A DNA stretch of 64,000 nucleotides from Pseudogymnoascus verrucosus (lineage: Eukaryota), in assembly GCA_001662655.1 (NCBI GenBank), contig KV460219.1, one strand, 5' to 3'. The notes under the pieces are model-generated. The model was not told where the DNA came from, did not search any database, and saw only the letters and a list, made by a program, of their open reading frames with translations. Every line of letters starts with the position of its first letter. The first letter of the stretch is position 1. Below, piece by piece: positions 50,806-63,089 of this stretch. Both the position numbers and the translations under genes were made by a program.

Positions 50806-53076
50806 ATGTCTGAGCAACCGGTCACGAATGTGACAGAGAATGAAGATACCGAAGAGAATCAACCACGTGAGGATGGCCTCAATGACGCTGCAGCACAAGG
50901 GACTATAGGTTATCTACCGGGTGAAAGCCAAGGTGGGCATATCGGCAGCGCTTCCCAGCTGTTGGGAGCTGGGAGTTCAGAAGTTTCTGTGGCCGAAGAT
51001 TCTCATGGTTCACATGAGCAACCAAGGAAACGAGCAAGGAGAGTCATTCGGAGTATGCCTGGGTCGTCATGTCTGCGCTGTAAAGTGAAAAAGACAAAAT
51101 GCGAACCATCGGACATCAAAGAGAGAACCTGCAAAAGGTACGCAATTCTTACATGCATCGGGAGAACTGGCTACCTTATTATGATATCGGTTCCGGGCTT
51201 ACAACTCTAAAGATGCGAATATGGGGAACATGAATGTAAATATCCTATTCAAAAATGTAAGTTCAGAGAGTTGGATCATTGGGCTCGTGTGTATTGTTCC
51301 GGCTGCGACCCCGCCCCCAACCACTATGCCCGCTAACGCGTAAGTCAGGGACGCCACACAAGGACAATCTTGATATAGGGTTCAGTAATCTGAGTAGCAA
51401 TGACCCTAGAAGTGCTGCTTTTGAGAGTCCAGGATCTTATGGGACTTCATTCGATGCAAGAGCGGATTTGCAAAGAAAGGATGCTCAAATCGACAGGTTG
51501 GAGCAAACTCTGTCCCATTACACGGCACTGGAAAACCAGAGAATGGGAGGCCATACGTCAAAATACATTAATGTAGCCGCATATGCTCTTGATCCTCCCC
51601 AGCACCATCCCACGGGGACCATTCCAAGGGGCTCTAACGAAGGGCCATACCTTGACGTGATAGATCAGGGAATCTTGGATTTGAAAACTGCACATTCTCT
51701 CCTGCAAGAGTTCAGAGCTATGAACCAGAACTTCCCTTACATTGCCATACACCCAAACTTGTCCACAGGCATGCTTCGGCACGATAACCCAATGCTGTTG
51801 TTAGCTATTTGTACAGCTGCGTCATGGAAGGACAGGGAGCTCCAGACTAAGCTAGAAAGGGCCTATTTGGAAGAATTAGCTGGTAGGATGGTCGTTGATG
51901 GCGAGCAAACTCTGGACATGCTCCAAGGTTTGCTTGTCCATCTCTCTTGGTAAGCTCTCTCTGCCTGACTTTTGAGCTAATAATGAATCCTTCTAACCTT
52001 CTCAAAGGTGTCACTTCCATCTTAAATCCTCATACCGGTTATCTTCCCTCGCCATCTCCCTTGTCACAACCCTCGGTATCAACCGCCGCCCCATGCCCGC
52101 AGATCGCCAAAATCTCAGCGTTTTATTTCCCTTTCCGAAGGGCGCTCCCGCTCCCTCCAACTCCGCAAAGACTTGGAGCCCAGACGCCCGTCGCGCCTAT
52201 ATCGGTGCCTACGTCATCTGCTCCTCCTACGCGCATGCCTTGCGCAAAACAAGCACCCTGAAATTCACGCCCTATCTCGAAGAGTGCGCTCAGTCTCTCT
52301 CCTCTGGCTCGGCCCTACCCTCAGACGTCCTCCTCATCCACCAAGTCCGACTCGCCCACCATGTTGAGTCAATTAGCGACACCTTCGACTACGATTTCTC
52401 CCGCTCTGTGCCCCCCGTGCCGGATTCCCAACTGAGTTTCCACGTGCGCTCCTTCTCTGCTGCGCTCACAGGCATCGAGTCGTTGATCCCAACCCGCCTC
52501 ACCTCAAACACTCTCCTCGCAACCTCCCTCCTCGTCGTTCAAGCATATACCCATGAAATAGGTCTGCACGGCCTACATCCCAACGACACCCTCTCCCTCC
52601 CCCGCACAACCATCCTAATTGATTGTCTTGGCACTGTGCGCCGCGTCCTCGATGCCGTAGTCGCACTGAACGACGCGGATTTCCGCGCCCTGTTTGGCTA
52701 CAACTGGGCGCGCATACACTACTCTCTGAGTCTCGCGGTGGAGCTTAGCCTAGGCATTTCGTCTCCGTCGTGGGGCGTGGAGAATGTGCGCGCCGTGTTG
52801 GCTCTTGAGTCCTATGTCGACGTGTTTGTGCAACGTCTGGAGGGAGTGAGTGCGTTAATACGAAAGGAGGGGGACCAGGGCGACTGGTTTGGGTTTTTGG
52901 CTGCTCTTTGGAAGGAACTAAGGAGGAATTATACGGAGGGTATGGGGCGGAGAGGCGTAGTGGTACCTGGGGAGATACCTCCGATCCAGGACCTAGGGGA
53001 GGGGTGGCTCGGGTTAGAGGATATGGATTTTATGCCTAATGAGTGGCTGTGGATGGTTCCAGATATTGGAATGTGA
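50806..53076 (+). CDS. Zn2Cys6 transcription factor
   Basis: After splicing CLRCKVKKTKC..CKRCEYGEHEC (Cx2Cx6Cx9Cx2Cx6C); middle-homology region (PMLLLAICTAA, LDMLQGLLVHLSW, RRAYIGAY); acidic C-terminus. Confidence 0.88.
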
Positions 53077-53308
53077 GTCGTGAGTCGATTAAGCGACGGG
53101 GATGGCGTTTGGGTGATTTGGATGGCGTCTTGTGGGACGGAAAGGTATATATTTGGAAATACCCTGTGAAATGAAGCGATACACGCACTGCTAGATAAAC
53201 CTGAGTGTGGTGTGGATGTCAAATCAGATATCTTGAAAGGAGAATTCGCGTTTAATATTAATCCATCGCTATAAGTAAAAGCAGCTCAATACATCCCCAA
53301 ATCTTGCC

Positions 53309-54404
53309 CTACTTCTCCAGGGACTGCACTGTAGGGTCCCAAAAGGTGGGCTGGTACTCATCAAAGTCGAGGAGCTCCATATCCTCGGGACCGAGCTCGA
53401 AGTCATAAACCTGCGCATTTTGCTCGATACGCGCTGGCGTCACGCTCTTCGGCAATGGGACGTATCCCTTCTGTAGACTCCATCTTATCAGACACTGCGC
53501 CCACAACTTCCCACGTGTCTTCTCCAATTTTGTGAAAACCTCGTCGTCCTTACGCTCGCCGCGCACAAGAGGAGAGTATGCCTCAATCACCACGCCCCTC
53601 TTGACGCACCACTCGACGATATCATGACGTGGTAGCCATGGATGAATCTCCCACTGCCCGACTGAGAGCACGCCGCCCTTGCCCTTCCCACCGCGCTCCT
53701 CCTCCAGCTCCTTAATGTGCTGTTCCAGTTCATCAAGATGGTGCACACCGTAGTTGCTAACCCCGATGCTGCGGACTTTGCCAGCCTCCTGTGCCTCGAC
53801 GAGGGCCTTCCAAGCACCCTTGCGACCGGCTGGGCCGCCGTCAGGAGAGTGGATGAGGATCAGATCGACATAGGTAAGGCCGGAGTTCGCGATGGTCTGG
53901 TCGATCTGCTTGGCGGCGTATTCATGCGACATTTGCTTTCCGCCGTATATTTTGGTTGTGAAGAAGATATCCTCGCGGGGGACGCCGGAGCTCTTGATAG
54001 CCTCACCACAGCTGGCTTCGTTGCGGTACATGAAGGCGCTGTCAATCTATGAGTTGTTAGATTGGGTAATGAGGTGCAGGGTATGATCGAAACTTACATG
54101 TCGGTAGCCAGTTTTCAGTGCGTGTGCTACGGCATTTGTAGCGTCAGATTTTGGCCTGTGGTTCAGTCAATATGTGTACTTCTATGTTAGTGCGCGTTAG
54201 ATATTATACATCTGCCAGACCTAAAATAGAAGTCAGTTTCAATTCACCATAGAGCTCAAAGAGGATTCTTACACCAAAACCGAGAGCAGGAATGTCATAG
54301 CCAGCTGAGAGGTGTTATTTTATATTCCGTTTGATGTGAAGCTGATGGTAATGGCCAGACTTACACTTCAGTGGCTTCTTCGAGCTGATATTGAGTTTGG
54401 ACAT
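53309..54404 (-). CDS. Aldo-keto reductase
   Basis: IPALGFGVWQ, GYRHIDSAFMYRNE, FTTK, LIHSP, SIGVSNY, PLPKS; several small 5' exons including one of 11 nt. Confidence 0.93.
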
Positions 54405-55108
54405 CTTGGACGTAAGTTTCGCACTGCTCATATAATCCTAGCAGGATGTTTCAACCACAGACTACTGCTAGTTGTTGTGTATGGGGCAAGAACGAGTAAG
54501 AAAGCTTGAAATAAATGAGATGTAGAGGACGAGGGACATGAGACGCTTCTGAGAAGACAAGGGAGAATGAGGGGAATATAAAGAGAAGGCTTCAATCCTT
54601 TATTGATAATCAGGCCACCTCTTTCCCGCCTGGAAAGTGAAGGAAGTTCCCCTGGATTAACAATCAATCATTCAATAGATGACGTCCTGTTGTGCCACCA
54701 AAATGTTTCCTTGGTGCTGTTGTGTAATGTGTCGTGAATCACGTGAGGGCAACTATTGTTGTTGAAGCTAATCCAAGAGCAACTGTTGTTGATAAAACTA
54801 ATCCATGGGCATGGGATTGTATGCAATAATTAGAATGATTAGAATTGTATTTTAGAGAGTTGTCTCTGAGTAAACATACTCGAGAAGCATTCACTGGGGG
54901 ATATACAAACACCCATGGTGCATACCTCAGCCCGCCTAAATTTGTAAGCCAGAAATATGAGTAATCACAGCTGGTTCGCCATTCATAATCACAGCCCCCC
55001 ATCGCAGAGGTCACTATTCTAGCATTTGATCAGGCATCATAACTTCGAACAGCCGCGTCATAATTCTCATAAGTCCCTAATCCAACCAGGGTTATCCATT
55101 CTTCAGTT

Positions 55109-57604
55109 TCAGCTCTCCCTCCCAACCTTTTTCACTCCGCCTCCTTTCCGTGAACTTATTTTCCAGAGGCAACATACGCTTCTCGCTCGACACCATGTCT
55201 TCACCTGCTCCCCCTTTGCCTCCCCATCATACCCCGCACTATCGAGGCCCTCGGTGTTGAGCCACCGTGTCAGATCTTCTAGAACGATCGGATCATACAT
55301 CAGCATCTTCTCGTACCAACTTGGCGTCTGAGGTGTCCCGCGTGGTGCCGTTGTGACAGCTCTCGTGATGTGCTCGAATAGCTCTTGCTCTGCGGAATTC
55401 GGTGAAAGCGGGGGTAACGCAATGTCAGCGATGTCGTCTCCGACCAAAGAAAGCGCGGGGGGCGTATGGACTCGAGATGGACGCCGTCGCGGTGGCGATG
55501 GTGTGAGCGGAGTATCCGAATCAGAAATCTCCTCGGGGAGTGGCTTTCGCCTTTTTACTTTCTTTTGGGGAGTTTGGCGGTACTGGGTGGGGGTTTCGCT
55601 GTCGGATGCCAACCCCTCATTGTTGTGAGGCGATAGCGGCCGACGGGTTGTCGGCTTTGGCATTCTTTTCGATGATGGTGACGTCGTACTGGTGTCTTTT
55701 CGCGGTCTGCCTCCAGCCTTTGTTGGTGATGCCGGTGGCATCTGTGATGGCCTCTGAGTTCGCTTTGGTGATGTGGCTTTATCAGCTGCTTTATTTATGA
55801 TAGTATTGACTCCTAGAGACCCCAATGCTGCCCTTTGCTTCCCTTCCCAGCACTTCTCAAGCAAAGAAATCATCTGCTCTCTCTTTTTGATGGGCTTGAA
55901 CTTGTAAGAAGCGATCTCTTTGGCCAGCTCAGCTGTTGAGTATGATTCAAAATTAGGGCATTGTTCATCCATCGCTAACTCCGTAGAATTGTCGGGTTTA
56001 CTGGAAACGGGGTTGACATGTTGCGAAGGCGGTTCCTTTGGGGCAGATGGTTTGTTTGCGAGAGAAATGGGTGCGGAAAGATCTGGTTGAGGAGCCGTTT
56101 CGGGTGTATCATTGGTCTGTGTCGCGATTGAAGCAGCACGGTCAATCTGCAGTTCTCTTTCAACTTGAGAACTGTTGATTAAATCTAGTATTTCCACCTC
56201 TGTGGCGCCCTCTTCTTCAATCCTCCATGCTGCTTCCCACATACTCACCCTTTTCCTCGGTGATTTCCACCTACCGGAGGTTGCAGCGTTATGGATAGGG
56301 GATAAGTCCTCGGAAAAGGGGTCCTCTGATCGGTTTGAGAGTTGGATCGCCTGCTGAAGGTCCCTCAAAAATGCAGGATCTTCGTCCTGCGCAAGTTGAC
56401 TTGATGTACCAAAGACAAACTCTTGGAGGCTGGCTTGCTCGTGTGCAGCTTGTGGATTAAGTAGATCTGGCGGTGGCGGAGCTGCTTTCTTGCCCTTCTT
56501 CTTAGCGGGGCTTCTTGCCTTTGACTTAGTGCCAGAGCCAGAGCCAGAATCCTTGTGGGACAAATATGGAAGTAGTGGCGTCGGCTCCATATCATCATCG
56601 TTGCCTCTCGCATATGCCGCAGTAGCTCGTTCGGTGATAGTCGTCGGCCTCTTCTTAGCGGCCTTTGTGGTTGGTGCGACTTGTGGCGATGCCAGTGTCG
56701 CATTCGTCTTGACTAACTCAATAAGTTTTCGCTTTCGTGCTGTGATCATACAAACCTCTCGGATAGAAGTAGATGGTTCTTCGGCCTTAGAATATCCAAA
56801 GCTGCCAAGAAGATCCGTCAACCCCTTTGGAGGCGTATCCAAGTCCACAACTTCTCCCAACGCACCTCCAAATGAAAACCCTTTGTCTGTGGCCTTCGGC
56901 GGCGTCCAGTCCGCCCGTCGTTTAACCGCCTCATGTAAATTTAAACCCTTATCCAGAGTTATATCGTCTATATCTATATAATCTTCCGTATTCGTAAACT
57001 TCGCAAGATGTGCACTAACGGTGTCGCCCGCCTTGCCATCATTCTTGGATATCGAGCCGGTTGAAGTCTTGGTTATCCTTCCCTTGGGAATTTTCGTTTG
57101 CCCTTCGGCGTCGGTTTTCTTCGCTCTTGGCTTGCGAACCGCCTTTTGTTTCGGAGCTGGTTCCCCAACAGATCCGGCGTCTCCCTCATCTGTCTTTTTG
57201 GCCCTTGGTTTTCGAGGTTTCTTGAGAGGTGCTTCGCTCGCGCCATTATCACCCTTTACAGCGTTGACTTTCTTCGCTCTCGGTTTGGGTGCAGCCTTCG
57301 CTTTTGACGGTTTCGGTATGGCCAATTCCGTCCCAGACATCTCATCTTCAGGGAAATCCCAAATCGAATCGTTCTTCTTTGATCGCGTAGTATTGTTTGC
57401 CACCAAGCCGCCAGCGCTCGTACTCAATAACGCCGCAGTGCTCGGAGAGGCTGCGCCTAATCGCAAAGCACGGTTTTGTCCGATGAGGGTATTGGGAGAT
57501 GGCAGTCGGCTCGGCGACGAAGACATTGCGTGCGCAAACACAGCATCATGTCTGTGAGGTTTCGGCGGTGAAGAAGAGAGAATCACCAAGTCTATTGTCG
57601 TCAT
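55109..57604 (-). CDS. SLX4: Structure-specific endonuclease scaffold Slx4
   Basis: FVFGTSSQL, SAP-like PNFESYSTAELAKEIASYKFKP, C-terminal WYEKMLMYDPIVLEDLTRWLN..WCRARSVCCLW. Confidence 0.92.
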   Translation of the reverse strand: MTTIDLVILSSSPPKPHRHDAVFAHAMSSSPSRLPSPNTLIGQNRALRLGAASPSTAALLSTSAGGLVANNTTRSKKNDSIWDFPEDEMSGTELAIPKPSKAKAAPKPRAKKVNAVKGDNGASEAPLKKPRKPRAKKTDEGDAGSVGEPAPKQKAVRKPRAKKTDAEGQTKIPKGRITKTSTGSISKNDGKAGDTVSAHLAKFTNTEDYIDIDDITLDKGLNLHEAVKRRADWTPPKATDKGFSFGGALGEVVDLDTPPKGLTDLLGSFGYSKAEEPSTSIREVCMITARKRKLIELVKTNATLASPQVAPTTKAAKKRPTTITERATAAYARGNDDDMEPTPLLPYLSHKDSGSGSGTKSKARSPAKKKGKKAAPPPPDLLNPQAAHEQASLQEFVFGTSSQLAQDEDPAFLRDLQQAIQLSNRSEDPFSEDLSPIHNAATSGRWKSPRKRVSMWEAAWRIEEEGATEVEILDLINSSQVERELQIDRAASIATQTNDTPETAPQPDLSAPISLANKPSAPKEPPSQHVNPVSSKPDNSTELAMDEQCPNFESYSTAELAKEIASYKFKPIKKREQMISLLEKCWEGKQRAALGSLGVNTIINKAADKATSPKRTQRPSQMPPASPTKAGGRPRKDTSTTSPSSKRMPKPTTRRPLSPHNNEGLASDSETPTQYRQTPQKKVKRRKPLPEEISDSDTPLTPSPPRRRPSRVHTPPALSLVGDDIADIALPPLSPNSAEQELFEHITRAVTTAPRGTPQTPSWYEKMLMYDPIVLEDLTRWLNTEGLDSAGYDGEAKGEQVKTWCRARSVCCLWKISSRKGGGVKKVGRES

Positions 57605-58049
57605 GTTGAGGTTGCGCCGTATGGTTTTGCGCCCAGCGCATGCTCTTGGGATGAGGAACGACACTGTAAAAACGCCTCACGGTACATTTAGGCGCACAAA
57701 ATGCCGCTGTTCGAGAATCAACAATGCGAGTGAGTGAGGTTTCAGGTCATATTCGAAGAGTTGTATAGTTGCAGTGTCATGAAGTCTTATCGCATTGTGG
57801 TTGCCGTATCTTAGTCCTCAATCCACACAACAAGCAAGTGGATCCCTGAATCCCAAGGGTCGCGAATAATCCGCGAAATCACATGACCACGCTATTCTCC
57901 ACGATGTCACCTGACCCACGAACAGTCGCCAAAATTTCGTTAGGGCATGACCAAAATTCGAGAAGCGCAAAGCCGCCCAAGCCGCCCATCACCAACGACA
58001 GCCAACTCAATTCCCCCCGCCCTCACATCAACACCTTAACGTCGCAAAC

Positions 58050-58421
58050 ATGGAGAACGATAAGGGAGAACTCGTTGACCTGTTCGTCTTCCCCTCCTCT
58101 CTTCGATTCCCTCTCGATGCGCCAATTCCCCGCCGTCGAGTTGCTCCCCGAGGTTACAGGGTATGCTAACGTCGTTTTTTCCACAGTTTGGTCCCCCGCA
58201 AGTGCAGCGCAACCAACCGCATCATCAAGGCCAAGGATCACGCATCCGTCCAGATCTCCGTCGGAAAGGTCGACGAGAACGGCAGATACACCGGCGAGAA
58301 CCAGGTCTACGCCCTCTGCGGCTTCGTCCGCTCGATGGGCGAGAGCGACGACTCCCTCAACAGGTTGGCACAGCGTGATGGTCTCCTGAAGAGCGTCTGG
58401 AGCGGACAGCAACAAAGATAA
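58050..58421 (+). CDS. RPS21: 40S ribosomal protein S21 (eS21)
   Basis: [11 protein letters not shown] / intron 58082-58186 / [32 protein letters not shown]. Confidence 0.96.
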
Positions 58422-59974
58422 ATGGATTACATCCGGTACGATACGATTGAATGCGCGATGACGAAGCACATGCTGACCGCGGCATAGATGTTGGGCTGGC
58501 CATGGTGTGAAGGAAGGAAATTCTGGTGCGGCTGGGATGCATGGTTGGCTGATGCCAAATGGCGTTGCTGAGATAGTCAGACGGGGCAGTATCAAGAACT
58601 GAGAACTTTTCACATCATTTTGCGGATTCATCTCTGAGCGTGTTGTGTTTGATACGTGACAGTTGTGGATTTCAGGATGAGCGACGACAACAGACTAACC
58701 AACAGACTTTGAGAGTATCGCGAAGATCCTTCGGATGTGCTTTGGAGACGATTACGGCTGTGATGACAGAACAACAACAAAGAAGACTTGCGCTCCTACG
58801 AGACTTCCAATGCATCAATGGCCAAGCACATCTACCACTGAGTCAGGCCTCAATTCCCGAGATGCTCAGTTTGTCGAGGAATCATCCCCAGGAAGCCACA
58901 GCTCGCCCTGCACCCCGATCACCGAAATACGACCTCATCACTCGCTTTTACACGCAGCCTGACCCCTTCAACGTATACTCTTATCACCAGGATCGCCTCC
59001 TCTCCCACCACACACCCCACCATACTATATCTCCCACTTCCCCTCTTCCAACATACCCCTACCAGACACTATCTCCCCATCTTTCCCTTCCCATCCCCTC
59101 TTTTCTCCCCGATCGCGGCACAAGCAACCCTCCTCGATTCAACCCTCGGGTTATCCCATACTCAAGGAGCTAGTCGCAATGTCCTTCCTGCCACTGCAGC
59201 CCCTCGTGGTCGTATGCCGCGGGACCGACTGTGCCGTAGATGAACCTATTACTTGCCTTCTGATGAGCTGCGACGCTAGAGCATCTCGTCGAAGCACAGA
59301 TACGGGCTGGACATGTTGGGTTTGCTTTGCGTAGTACTGGGTCCGAACTCCAGCAAAGGGGCGGGGTAATGGTGTAATAGACATCAGACTTTGTGTTGGT
59401 CCGTTTCTTCTCTTTTTGTGTTTTACGCTCCATCGTCAATATTCAGTGGTTGGGGTTATATTGCAAAATGAAAGAAGAATTTATATAATCAAACCTCGGT
59501 GACGTTCCTTGTGCTGCTCAAAGGTGTGAAAGCCCATCACCCCACGTAACAGTTACTGAGAGGAGGGGAACAGCCCATATCCCACTTCCTCTGTTGCCCT
59601 TTATGGCTATTGTAGGTGAATGAAATATTCTGTTCCAAATATTCAATTACAGGATTTGATGTAAATATTCAATTTATTACCAAAACATTTTAAAAATAAA
59701 ATTTGAGTACCAAAGACTTTTATTCCCTATGAGTATATCAAAGCCATTAAGTAGAAAAATAAAACCGAAAAATACAATAATTGTCACAATTATGAAAGTC
59801 ATGGCGAGAAAATGCATTTTTATTGACCTGATGACAACACGATCCCGCATTTGAGCACGTCTGCTCACATATATACAATACCGTAACGACTGACACATCC
59901 AACAATCCATCCAACCAGAGAGCAAAAGAGAATCGAATCAAGCAGCAGCAACTCGACTATCACGCACTAAGCAT

Positions 59975-61252
59975 CTACAGAACACCAGTAGCCTGCTGTC
60001 CGGCGTTGGTAACCACCACCGTAGCAGCCAAGCTTGCCGCCGGTCTCGGCGTGGTCACCTTGGTCGTATCAACACCAAAGGCAACCCATCCGAAAACACC
60101 CTGCGAGATACTAGTACCGAGGTAGCTGTAGAAGACAACTGGGTCTCCCTGCGCCGCCTCCTGCTTGAAGATGCCATCGGCCGCGTTAGTAGTCAGCGAC
60201 TGCTTGTTAGCGCTATACGGCGCCACAGTGGCGGACTCCGCGATGAGCTTCTGGTCGAAGAAGAGCTGGCCGACGTGGTTGGAGGTTCCGCCAGTGTAGT
60301 GTCCGTTGGATGTCACCTGAGCGTTGCTGTGCACCAGAACGTGAATGTGAGGAGTGCGACCGGTGTACCATCCGGGAAAGTTGGTGGTGAACTGCGCGAC
60401 GCCTTTCGCATCGGTGTGCTGGAGGCCGCGGTTGGTGGGGCGGAAGATGTTGTTGCTATCAGCGGTGCCGACACCGTTGCCTCCGACATTGACGCCGCTG
60501 TAGACGCCGGTGGAGTTGGCGTCTGGTGTTGTCAGTAAGGGGCCCCCCGTAAAAATGAAGGGGACGAAGGAGTGTCTCTATGAAAGGGAGAGGTGGTATT
60601 ATGAGTATAAAAGGGGATGGACATACGCCATATCTCCACAAGGGCATTGGTCACCGGCTCACAGGTGGAAACGTCGAGGACTTGCGTGTCGAGAATGAAT
60701 TCAATGCCCGCCTCGCCATCACGGATATCAGACCGGACGAACTCGCCAGCAACATCTAAGAGAGTTATTAGTATGGAAACGATGGGGGCCATTGTGTCCG
60801 CAACGTACAGTATGGCCCTTCGGTAACTTCAGGGCTGAGAATGCAACTGCCGGTGTTGGCAAAGATGGTTGACTCCGAGGTCTGAGGGGTATAGCCCTTG
60901 GTGGACTTGTGGTCAGTGTTCAACACGGTTGTGTAGTCGCGACCCTGGATGTGCGGCGCATCTGAAAAGAGAGTTAGGACGCCAGAGTGATTTTTGGATT
61001 TATTCCATGTTGCTTACCGACGTCGAGGCCCCTTTCCTCACGGGCATACTTGGCAAGCAAAGCGCGTCTCTTTCCAGCATCAGCCGTGATGCCTCTCTTC
61101 CTCATCTTCTCAGCGCAATGGGCAAGGTTCGGTGGGAGGGAACGCAGGGCAATCTCACGCTCCCTGATCTCCTGACTGATGTCATGGCCTGGGTGAGCAG
61201 CGACGAAGCTGGCAGCTAGAGCAACCGACGTGAGAAGGGTTGAGAAATGCAT
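59975..61252 (-). CDS. Secreted intradiol ring-cleavage dioxygenase-like protein
   Basis: Signal peptide plus AHPGHD; TEGPY, VEIWHANSTGVYSG, FPGWYTGRTPHIH, GQLFFDQ; three introns. Confidence 0.92.
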
Positions 61253-63089
61253 TGTTATGGGAATATACTATTTGGAGATGTGAAAGAGGAGATACTGGTG
61301 AGAAAATCAAGACTTCCTTTCCAGAGGCTTACCTTTATATCCCACAAAGCTTATTCCCCTTGGCCACGGCGCAACAGCGCAACGGCGGGAATAACGTGCT
61401 CGACGAGATGCATGCCAAGTGAAACGGTCCATACGTACGTCCACTGTCGCTACGACGGAGATGCTAATGAGGAACGAAGAGTTCCGTCTCCTGCCAAGAG
61501 CCTCCTCATCAAGGTTATTTACATTACCGCCGGTCGAGTTTGCTTCATTCGGGCTGCAGTATGACAGGAAACGGGCACGTCGCCGCGATCCTTCTGCGGG
61601 GGAACCCCTGCTTCTGAACCCGGTATAGGTTGCGGCATTGGGCCAGATCGTCGATTAGTGGTTAGCGGCCGATTGAGCTGACGACGCTCATCGAGGGCGC
61701 TGGGGATGCTATCTATATAGTTCTGTTTATGCTAAATTTAAGGTCGCAGAACTCTACCATGTGACGGAGAAATCTGGGCTGTTGCCGCCGAGAACATGTC
61801 GATTTGGATCGCTGTCCAATGGGAATGATAATGGCTTCTTAATTCTTCATGGTTTTAATGAAGCCATAAGTTGACGGCATTCATGTGCCTGTGAACCCCT
61901 CAGTAGACGGTGAGGATAAGTCCTCGGTGAAAATGGATGCCATGTGGGCGTGCAGGAGCCACTCGGAGGATGATCACCTGTCGTAGTGGCCGCCCCTCAG
62001 CTGAAATTCTCCGCGAACTGAGACACATCACTTCACAGTAGAGCTTGTAATAACCCCCTTCGGTGAGTGATATTGACGATCGATGCAGACCTTCGGGGTT
62101 CTCCAGTCCTGGCGGCAGGTGCATTGACGCAAAGTCTAAATACACCAATGAGAAACGGTGCGAATCAAATACAAACCTCGCCCCACGTTTCATCTATATA
62201 GATATGGAGTTACTCTTAACATCCTGGGAAATGTCAGAATCGGGAAAGTATATTGCGATGGCCTTATGAGAAACGATGGCGGGTCTTGGGGTGAGGAGCC
62301 GTAGATTACCCGCGGGCAATAGTTGCATGGTGGTCCAGTATGCCATTGTAAATGTTGAACGGGCACGTAAATTACATGCTGATCACCAACTCTCGTTGCT
62401 TGGGAAACAGCTGGAATTTAGACCCTGGTAAGGAAAGGACGACTTGCAACTCAAAGTCAAAATGTATCTTCAGGGGATAGTTTTTATGGCGAACAACCTC
62501 CGTGAAATCCATATCGCCCGTCTGTCGAAGGCTGTATGCCTAAATGATGTCCATAATTAATTATGCAAGATAATCACATTTTCGCCCCTTTTCAACCCAC
62601 GACAGGGCCAAACAACATATCATTTTCAACCACCATCTATTGCGACGCTGAGCGGTGGTAACGGCAATGTGTGCGAAGTGAAGGAAATACTCCTCCCTTT
62701 TCGGCCCATTACAACTCATGACAGGGCCGAACAACCTGACATTCTCAACTGCCAAGCTGTGACAGCAGCAATTTGTGTGGGGGGAAGGAAATAACTTGAT
62801 GACGAGGCCCCCATATCAACATCGTGTGAGTGGCCATGGCAATAATAAGCTTAGAGCAAGGCATGGCAGGGATATCTAATTACCCCTGGCACGGCCGAAG
62901 TAACGCAATTACTTCTGGGGAAATGGCAATATCCGATGCGCCATTGGGGCGAGAGATACCATCAGGCACAGTTGCATCTCTTCTAGATGCTGGGATTCAC
63001 ACGGCAAAACTCAAACAAGCTGTTTCTTGTCCTCATAATATCATTAATTTGAGGTACTATACGTGACTGTGATACTACTCCCCAGCCAC

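Noticed and set aside
58760..58841. C/D snoRNA-like boxes (GTGATGA..CTGA)
   Set aside because: Only a 3-bp terminal stem and no rRNA-complementary guide that I can recognise.
59260..59314. CTGATGAG hammerhead-like motif, and ACAGATACGGGCT resembling RNase P/MRP CR-V
   Set aside because: No GAAA after the stem; no CR-I GAAAG motif, and the region is too short for P/MRP RNA.
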